64,000 nt of DNA from Eledone cirrhosa (Eukaryota): NCBI GenBank assembly GCA_964016885.1, contig OZ024741.1, positions 61,318,001-61,382,000 on the forward strand, written 5' to 3'. Positions 54,186-64,000 of the stretch are shown piece by piece. The translations under genes and the position numbers were made by a program. Each line of letters starts with the position of its first letter. Position 1 is the stretch's first letter. Under the pieces are notes generated by a model, which ran no database searches, was not told the origin of the DNA, and was given only the letters and a program-made list of their open reading frames with translations.

Positions 54186-55690
54186 TTGTTATACTTTGGG
54201 AGGGTCATGTTGCCAATAAGAAACACACGCACCAGTTGCTTTCACTTCAATTTAATTTATTAAATATTTATAAATTTACAAATTTATAAATTTCTGGTTG
54301 GTTGGTTGGTTCCACAACCAGATAGTTGTTTATATATATATAGTCATAGTTCTTTCGTCACACACTCTGTGACCTCTTCAGTGACTGGGGATTTCGTTCT
54401 TCGTTTCTGTGTCTTTCCTTTCTTCTATCCTACGCCATTTTGTTTGTGTGTGGGTTGCGTGCTCAGTTTGCGCATGCGCCACATCCGGGTGTCTGTGTGT
54501 GTTTGTGTTCATTTTTCTATTTATCTATTTATATTTTTCTATTTGTTTGTTTATTTATTTATTTATTGTTGGTTGGTTGTTTGTTCTATGTGTGTGTGTG
54601 TTTTCATTTTGTCTTGTGTGTGTTTTCATTTTGTGTGTGTTTTCAATTGTAAGTTGTTTGTTCTATGTGTGTGTGTGTTTTCATTTTGTCCTTAATTGTA
54701 AGTTGTGATGTTGCTGTTCCACTCATATTTTCTATTTAATTTTGGTTTTAATTCTTTTATGCTTACTGCCTCTGTAATTTGCCTAAACATTGCGTCTTTC
54801 TTGTGTGTGGATTCTATTTTTATTTCTATGCTCTCTATGTAGTGTACATAGGTGAGACAGCTCGTAGTATAGGGGAACGAATAAATGAACACTGGCGAGA
54901 CCTCCAAGATAGTAAAGAATCATCTGTGCTCTACCAACATGCTAAGATAGAACACAGGGGTAAATTAGAGAGCATAGAAATAAAAATAGAATCCACACAC
55001 AAGAAAGACGCAATGTTTAGGCAAATTACAGAGGCAGTAAGCATAAAAGAATTAAAACCAAAATTAAATAGAAAATATGAGTGGAACAGCAACATCACAA
55101 CTTACAATTAAGGACAAAATGAAAACACACACACACATAGAACAAACAACTTACAATTGAAAACACACACAAAATGAAAACACACACAAGACAAAATGAA
55201 AACACACACACACATAGAACAAACAACCAACCAACAATAAATAAATAAATAAACAAACAAATAGAAAAATATAAAAAAAATATAAAAAAAAAAATATAAA
55301 TAGATAAATAGAAAAATGAACACAAACACACACAGACACCCGGATGTGGCGCATGCGCAAACTGAGCACGCAACCCACACACAAACAAAATGGCGTAGGA
55401 TAGAAGAAAGGAAAGACACAGAAACGAAGAACGAAATCCCCAGTCACTGAAGAGGTCACAGAGTGTGTGACGAAAGAACTATGACTATATATATATAAAC
55501 AACTATCTGGTTGTGGAACCAACCAACCAACCAGAAATTTATAAATTTGTAAATTTATAAATATTTAATAAATTAAATTGAAGTGAAAGCAACTGGTGCG
55601 TGTGTTTCTTATTGGCAACATGACCCTCCCAAAGTATAACAATATCGGTTTCAACACACGATTTCAGATAAAGAATCTTGCTAAACAAAT
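54186..55690 (+). mobile_element. 5'-truncated PLE related to family B, with inverted arm 54186-54838
   Basis: VYIGETARSIGERINEHW...KPKLNRKYEW (54843-55111). The arm is the reverse complement of ~54968-55643, and the terminus tgaccctccc.aagtata is shared with family B. Confidence 0.92.
55442..55486 (+). ncRNA. Minimal type I hammerhead (mirror copy 54342-54386, minus)
   Basis: agtca-CTGAAGA-g-gtcaca-gagtg-tgtgac-GAAA-gaac-TA-tgact. Stems I and II are perfect. Confidence 0.85.
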
Positions 55691-56399
55691 TCAGAAACGA
55701 AATATATATATAATCATTTTACAACTATTATTACATCCTTTCACCAATTCCATCTAACTTTTCCTCAGACTTTCTCTTTCACTGAGAACTTTTGGCACTT
55801 CTTCACTGAATAATCATTACCCGTTCTCCCAATGTAGGTGCATGCATGGCAACATGGTTAATGAGGTTCTTTTGCAGTCACATCCTTCTGAATTCAGTTT
55901 CACTGCCCAGCACCTTGTACAAATGTTATCTGCTAAGCCATGACCAATGCTTTGTGTGAAAAATTTGGTAAATGTAAAATGCAGAAAAGCATATATATAT
56001 ATACATATATATATGCAAGCATGGAAAAGCCAGCGTAAGGATGATATACATAAAGATAAAGGGTAAAGACTTCCTTCGGTTACAAATGACCATGGGATTT
56101 TCCCCTTAAAGTTCCCCCTCTGAGGCTCGAGGCCAGGCAAGGTTGTTTGTGGAAGATCAGCTGTAGCCCATGCAAACTGACCTCCACTCTCCATACAACC
56201 GATGTTGTCCAAGATAAAGGCAGAGGCCAATATAACTTGGCACCAGTGACATTACAACTCATTTCTACAGCTGAGTGAACTGGAGTAACATGAAATAAAG
56301 TGTCTTACTCAAGGACACAATCTAGGAATTAAGCTCAACACCCCATGATTGGAAGCGCACTACCTTTCACACACACATATATATACACACATATACGTG

Positions 56400-56445
<46 letters not shown>

Positions 56446-56482
56446 TTATATATATATATATATTCACACGTATATGTGTGTG

Positions 56483-56525
<43 letters not shown>

Positions 56526-56624
56526 GTATATACATATATACACGTATATACATATATATATATATACGGTATATATATATATATATATTCACACATATAT
56601 GTGTGTATATATATATATATATAT

Positions 56625-59600
56625 CTGTCTGGTTGTTCTAAATAATCTTCTTGTATTTTAAAACCCCATTATTCGCTTATTATTACTGTTATATGCTTGT
56701 CCAATTATGCCCAAAATTTGAAGATTTTATTTAAACCCTCTCACTTATAATTCTGTCTGGTTGTTCTAAATAATCTCCTTGTATTTTTAAAATCCCATTA
56801 TTTGCTTATTATTACTGTTATATACTTGTCTAATTATGCCCAAAATTCGCAGATTTTATTTAAACCCTCTCGTGAAATGCCCCATTTGTTTTTCTAAAAT
56901 AACAATCTTGTTTGTTTAATTTTGGCCGAAAAATTCTAGGATTTATAAAATGGCCTCCTTGTCCCTCTTAATCTTTACGCCCCCCCCCCCCACTATATCG
57001 CATTACGCGCCGGCTAGTTCACCCTTTCAATCACTCTCTTCTCTCACCAAATATAAATAAACCTGTTACGAGGTACGAATCTCAGAATTTGTCAACACTT
57101 ATTAATGGTCAGACCTCGTCGTCCCCTGCGAAATGTAATGAAAATGCCATTTTTCTCTCCAGCCTATCGGTCCATTCATTCATATATCCGTATCATCGCC
57201 CAGAATCCAATCTTTTCCTCTCTCTCAATGCTATTCTATAATTCTGTCTGGTTGTTCTAAATAATCTTCTTGTATTTTAAAACCCCATTAGTCGCTTATT
57301 ATTACTGTTATATGCTTGTCCAATTATGCCCAAAATTCGAAGATTTTATTTAAACCCTCTCGCTAACTACCCCATACCCCTGCCACCTGCCCCCACTCTC
57401 CACCATTATTATTAAGACCAATCATAAGTCAGCGGCCTATGCTATCACTTCTGGTTGCTTGCCGATATGATGGATGGACTATGGAATTCTGGAGAGTCTG
57501 AAAAATCTGGACACTCAGTGACAATGCCAAAGATAAAGACAAATTCACCTGATGCTGCCGGACAAAAAGACAAGGACTCCTCTTTGTTTCGGCCGCGGAT
57601 GGCCAACATAACCCCAACCCCATCCCCCTCACCGTGCCCCACTGTTCCCACCCACCAAACGCAATCCAAAACTTCAGAGTTGGTACCATTAATGTAGGCA
57701 TCTTAAAAGTTCGCTCTAACGAAATGCTTGAACGTAAGGAGGTTGATGTTTGCTGTATCCAAGAGACCAGGTGGAGGGGTGGGTCTGCTAGATTCATTGT
57801 GGGTAAAAAACGATGCTATAAGCTTTTCTGGGGGGGGGGGGGATGACAATGGCTGGGTGGGGTAGGAATCATGTTAGCAGAAAAATGGATAGATAAGATA
57901 ATAGACCTAAATAGAGTGAGCGACAGAATAATTAAAATAAGACTTTTCCTAAATAGAACTACTGTGACAGTAATATCTGCGTATGCACCCCAATCCGGAC
58001 TGCCTGGCGCTATAAAAGACAGATTCTATGAGACATTGATGCTCACTACCTCCCAAATAACCGACAGTGACTACATAATTATTGCTGGCAACCTAAATGG
58101 TCACGATGGACAACATTGTGACGGCTATGACGGAATCCATGGAGGCTATGGGTTTGGTACTAGAAATGAGGAAGGCTCCAGAATCCTGGAATTCTGTGAC
58201 GCAAATAACCTAACTATCTGTAACACTAACTTCAAAAAACGAGACAATCACTTGATCACCTATAGATCAGTGGAACACGCCAGTCAGATAGATTATATCC
58301 TTACCAGAAGACGTGATAGAGTGTCTTTTGTAAACACTAAATCACTCCCTCATGAAGAATGCACCCCTCAACATAGACTCATAGTCAGCGACCTCATAGT
58401 CAGGACAAGACATATTCGACAACAGAGGAGGACTATCCTCAGGAGAAAAATATGGAAGTCTAAAGGACCCTACAACCAGTAATAAATTTAAAAGCATATT
58501 ACTTGATGCTTTCGACAGTAAGGAACAGCAATTAGAGTCGTACAATATAGAGGAACAGTGGGAATTCCTGAAAGCTAACCTGCTGAAGGCGGCAGATGAA
58601 GTCTGTGGCTGGAGCAGGCCTATAGGCAGGAAGAGAGTAACGTGATGGTGGAACAGTAAGGTGGAGGAGTCAATTAAAGCCAAAAAGCAGGCTTGGAAAG
58701 TATGGCGGGATGGGGAAAGTAGAGAAGACTATCAAGTGGCCAGGAGGGAAGCTAGGAGACAAGTGTACTTCGCAAGAACGGAAGCAGAGGAAAGAAAGTT
58801 CAAGCATGTTCTACAATGCGAGGACCAAAAACGTGAGGTGTTCAGGATTACTAGGCAATGTGTCAAGGAAAACCATGATATTGCCGGGGAGAAGTGTGTC
58901 CTTAATGATGATGGTGTACTTGCCATCACTGACGCTGATAAGAAGGTAGCTTGGCAGTGTCACTACGAAAGGCTACTAAATGAGGAGAATAAATGGGGAA
59001 AAGACAGTCTCCCCCACATCGATCCAATAGAGGGACCAGCAGTGCTAGTTGAAGGTAGTATAATAAGTAAGGCAATCAAAGATATGAAGATGGGTAAGGC
59101 GGCTGGGCCTTCGGAAATAGTTGCTGAAAGGCTGAAAGCATCTGGAATGGTGGGACACACTATGGTCACTCGGGTAGTAAACCAAGTCATACAGAATGGG
59201 GCCGTTCCGAAGGACTGGCGTAGCAGCATCATCATTAACTGCTACAAGGGTAAAGGAGATGCCCTAGATAGGGGTAACTATAGAGGCATTAAATTAATCG
59301 ACCAGGGCATGAAGGTCACAGAAAAAGTAATAGCGCAACTAATCAGAGAACGAATTGATCTAGATGAAATGCAGTTCGGGTTTGTGTCAGGAAAAAGTAC
59401 CACAGACGCTTTTTTCATTGTATGACAACTACAGGAGAAGTACCTAGTAAACCCCTATACTTAGCTTTTGTTGACTTGGAGAAAGCCTTTGACAGAGTCA
59501 CCCACTCCATTATCTGGTGGGCGTTTAGAAAACTAGGTGTTGATGAATGGCTTGTGAGAGCTATGCAAGCCATATATAAAGAAACAGTCAGCAAGGTTAG

Positions 59601-61083
59601 AATTAACAATGAATACAGTGAACAGTTTAGCGTAAAAGTTGGTGTTAATCAGGGCTCCGTTCTTAGCCCCCTACTATTTATTATTGCCCTTCAGGCTATA
59701 ACAGATGAGTTCAAGACCGGCTGCCCATGGGAACTCCTATATGCAGATGATCTAACGCTCATAGCTGAATCAATGGCTGAACTAGAGAAGAAATTCCAAA
59801 CATGGAAGCATGGCCTAGAATCAAAAGGCCTTAAAGTTAACTTGTCTAAGACTAAAGTTCTAGTTTGTAGGAAGGAAAATAGGGCACCGGTCCCATCTGG
59901 GAAATGGCCATGCTCAGTGTGTAGGAAAGGAGTAGGCAGAAACTCAATTTTATGTCCCAAATGCAAAGTATGGGTGCATAAAAGATGTAGTGGGATCACA
60001 GGTAAGCTAACTAAGAATATAGATTGTATATGTGTCCGGTGCTCTGGTGCAATAAGTAGCAGCAAGTGCCCACAGAATACTAGCTCATTCCATTGCACAG
60101 ATGGTTCTATAGAAATAGTGGACACCTTCCTTTACCTGGGTGACAAAATTAGCAGTGGGGGAGGGTGCTCTGAAAGTACAGTAGCTAGAGTCAGAACGGG
60201 ATGGAAAAAGTTCAGAGAGCTTATACCACTATTGGCCGCTAAAGGGTTCTCGCTAAAAATGAAAGGCAGGCTGTATGATGCCTGCATACGAACAGCAATG
60301 TTACATGGCAGTGAGACCTGGGCATTGTGTGCAGAGGATATACGCAGACTGGAGAGAAACGAAGCTTGCATGCTCCGCTGGATGTGTAATAGTAATATAC
60401 GTGAACGGCAAAGCATAAACGAACTAAGGGAGAAATTAGGAATAACGGGGATCAGATGTTGTTTACTCAAGAGAAGACTACGTTGGTACAGTCACGTGAT
60501 GTGCATGAAAGACGACAGTTGTATAAAAAAGTGCAGGGCGATAAAAATAAACGGTAGCCACGGAGTAGGTAGACCCAGAAAAACCTGGGACGACTTGATA
60601 AATTCTGACCTCACACACTTACACCTCTCCAAGACAATGTCACTGGACCGAGATCTTTGGCGCTACACAGTAATACAGAAGACCCGCCTTGCCTAAGTAC
60701 AAAGCGAAACCTACAGTCAGTAGGCACCTCTAACAAAATACACCCCCGTCCCACTACCCCCACCCCATCCACACCACCCCCTTAAATGTGAAGTTATGTC
60801 GGTACCACAACATCCAGTCCGAAACAAATGTGGTCGTGTAGGTGTCACGACAAAAAAACACACAGTCCACGCTGTAATGTGGCCGTGTAGGTAACACGGT
60901 AAAAACCTCCCAGTCCACACTGTAAACGTGGTTGGTGTTAGGAAGGGCATCCAGCCGTAGAAAACCCGCCAGACAGTCCTATATGAGCAGTACAACCAAT
61001 CTTGCCTCAAGTGGGAAAACTCCCGCCCAAACCCATGCAAGCATGGAAGATGGACGTTAAACGATGATGATGATGATGATGAT
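56625..61083 (+). mobile_element. Second full-length RTE (different subfamily, several frameshifts/stops) with its own 5' repeat array
   Basis: ORF fragments at 57634-60696 are homologous to 23825-26917. A ~118 bp block is repeated at 56625, 56753 and 57243. (GAT)n tail and (TA)n flanks. Confidence 0.93.
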
Positions 61084-61194
61084 ATATATTCACACATATA
61101 TGTGTGTATATATATTCATTATATATATATACGTATATACATATATACACGTATATACTTATATATATATATATATATACGGTATATATATGTA

Positions 61195-61249
<55 letters not shown>

Positions 61250-62294
61250 GTATGCGTTTATGTTCAATAATTTAGCAGTTCGGCAAAATATGTACCAGAC
61301 TTATTTAGGCATCATGCTAGGAGTTGATATGATCGATTAAATCAAGGTGGTGCCCCAGCATGGCCGTAGTCAAAATTACTGAAACCAGTAAAAGAATAAA
61401 AGGCATTTTTTGGCTACTCCTCTTTCCACCACACACACGTAATCCGACCCAATCATGATTTTCCAGATTTTTATTTTTATATTTTTTTATGATGTTTGGT
61501 GGTATTGTTATTTGTTTGTTTTCACACAATTACTTCTTGATCAATCTTTTATGTTTGAAAGAAAAGTGGAAGAAATATATGTATAAGTGTGTATGTGTGT
61601 ATATCTGTATATGTTGGTATATATAAAATTGAGCGTGTGAGTGTAAGTGTGCATTTGTAAGCACTGTACAGAACAGCAAGAGCAATAACAAAATCAGAAT
61701 TGACTTTTATTATGTGGATAAGCCAGGAAGGAGAGGGGTAACAAAGCAAAACAATAAGATATAAAAAAAAGTAACATAAAACCACGAAAGAAAACTATGT
61801 GAAGCCCCCTCTCACCCATATCAATGGCGTTTAGCTCCTACGTTCTGCTTCCAATCAAAATCTATTTTGGAGGGTTTAATTTCGTTTTTTGCATTCGTGT
61901 GTGGCTGACAACAATAATAACTTCTGAATTTCAGAAATGCTCAGTTTTGGTTTCTGGGGCCAAGAGCCAGATTCTGCAATAAAATATTTCATTGAACAGT
62001 AGATAAAAATCGTTTTGGCAGAAAGCCTACTGTATTTACTATCCATTTTTTGTCTAGTTTTGTCTTGGTTGTTAGTTCCAATGGATTATTTTACTGATAG
62101 GGATAAGTATATTGAAATAATCTCCTAGAAAACCTCACGGTAGTTGTCAACTTGAAAAATCTTGCCCATAACTAACTAATGTTTAAAAAAAACAAAGGCA
62201 ATGATATATATTGTATATACTCATATATAAGTTGCACCCCCATTTTACAGATAACGTTTATAGTGTACCATATATTTTGAAATAAGGTTTACTC

Positions 62295-62630
62295 CTGGGT
62301 GCTGCACAGTAGGAATGGAAATCAGTGTTATGAAGACTGAAACACACATCCTCTAAAGGACGCCTGCACAGTGCATTCTATATGTAAGTGATGTTCCACT
62401 GAAACACCTGCGAAGTTAAAGTGCCTTGGGTCTATTTTCATGAGTGATGGAAGGCAGGAAGCTGAATTAAGTATAAGATTTGGAAAAGCTAGTGCAGCAA
62501 TGTGCCAGCTTCAGCATTTAGCCATCAGAAGAAAAGAGGTAGGTGTAAACTTGCTATCTTTAATTCACTATTTGTGCCAACTCTTACCTATGGCCATGAA
62601 TCTTGATTGTGAACACAAGCAGATGAAATG
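62295..62630 (+). mobile_element. Old RTE (Expander-like) RT relic
   Basis: GMEISVMKTE...KCLGSIFMSDGRQEAELSIRFGKASAAM. Confidence 0.65.
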
Positions 62631-62689
62631 AAGTGGATGGATAGAGAGAGAGATGCAAATATATACAGTATAATATATATACAAAGCAG

Positions 62690-63030
62690 AAATGCTGGTA
62701 GCACAATAAAATACACCCAGTTCACTCTGTAAAATGGTAGAGCTGAGACCATGAAAAGATGCACTCTGTAAAGTAGTAGTAGCATTGGTGCTATGATAAA
62801 ACACATCCAGCACACTGTATAAACAGGTAGAGCTGGTACCATGATAAAATGCACCCAGTCAACTAAGTAAAGTGTTATATTTGGTACCATTATAAAATGC
62901 ACTCAGTATGCTCTGTAAAATGGTAGTGCTGGTGTTACAATAAAATAAAAACTTCCAGAACACTTTGAAAAGTGGTAGAGATGGTGCCACAATAAAATGC
63001 ACACAGGGTACTCTGTAAAGCGGTAGTGCA
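62690..63030 (+). repeat. Degenerate ~40-43 bp tandem repeat, ~8 copies
   Basis: ggtag.gctggt.cca..ataaaatgcacccag..cactctgtaaa units, resembling the SINE segment at 7944-7980. Confidence 0.7.
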
Positions 63031-64000
63031 ATAATTGATAAACAATGATTGTCACTCACAATCAAGAAAACATAGCAACATGCCTCCTCTAATGATTTTA
63101 TACATCCATATAATCATGAGAAGACACAGGCATTTACAATTTTCCTATTCTTAACTCAGTAGAACATCCAGGTTAACAATGAGGAGAGAGGGCTGCACTA
63201 ACACTAGCATAGTACTTTCTTTATCAACTCCAAAAGGATGAATAGCATAATAAGCAATATTTTATCACAGAGTGCATAGAACCAGAACAAATATTGTAAT
63301 GTCTTTTATGTGATGCTCTAACAGCTCTAACAAATCAACTACCATTTGAACCCTTTCATTACCATGCATATTACTCATGAAAGGCCCTGCCTATGACTTT
63401 CATATAAATTTGAAAATAATCAGAAATTTGGTAGAGTTTAGTAATATAACTTTTTCATTATTAAGCAGGTTTTACTGACCTTGTGCCTAAAGTAGAAACA
63501 ATTATTAAGCAGGTTCTTACATAAAATTATGGTAATATGTTTAACTCTTTCATTACATTATTTCTGATGGAAGTCCCTGCCTATCATTTGCAAATGATTT
63601 TGAAAATAATCAGGAATCTATAGGAGTTTAGTTATATAACTAACTTTCTCATTATTAAGATGGTGCTTGGATCAAGTTGATTTTTATTTTAGATATTGGG
63701 AAATTCTTTAGTTGAATCAAAGACATGATGACTTCTCTAGTGCTGGTGCCATGATAAAATACACCCAGTGCACACACAAAATGCAGGAATGTATGTAAGC
63801 AAGATATGGGTCCTTGGCCCATCTGAGAGGCCAGTAGCTCTGATTAAGTACTAACTTGGTCTGTAACAACTTGTCCAACCCTTGCTAGCAGGGAAAATAG
63901 ACGCTAAACAATGATGATGATGGTGAAGATAAACACTATATATCATTGTAATAAACAATGTTATAACATAGAACCAGGTGCAGTTTGATGTGGTGGTTTG

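Noticed and set aside
61817-61973. Minus-strand segment with a good acceptor (ttttattgcag) and donor (gtgaga)
   Set aside because: It has stops in all three frames and no recognisable homology.

Overview
AT-rich, microsatellite-dense animal genomic DNA. The SINE, LINE and MITE repertoire suggests a cephalopod (octopus-like), which is an inference. The window is almost entirely intronic or repeat DNA. I found one convincing host exon (36701-36816, minus strand), resembling the methyltransferase domain of THUMPD3/Trm14-like tRNA m2G methyltransferases. The intron immediately upstream of this exon is a ~1.3 kb minisatellite made of about 30 copies of the exon's own 3' splice site. The rest is transposon-derived. 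It includes several Penelope-like elements (PLEs) with inverted pseudo-LTR arms and at least four hammerhead ribozyme families, among them a near full-length two-ORF PLE with an HIV-type UUUUUUA slippery site at the ORF1/ORF2 junction. It also contains two full-length RTE LINEs with a PHD finger inside the RT and tandem ~500 bp 5' monomers, truncated RTE copies, an R4/Dong-like LINE relic, a nearly intact irritans-type mariner, MITEs, Helitron ends and tRNA-derived SINEs. Most long low-complexity ORFs in the supplied track ([12 protein letters not shown]) are microsatellite artefacts. All calls were made by eye; coordinates of degraded repeats are approximate.
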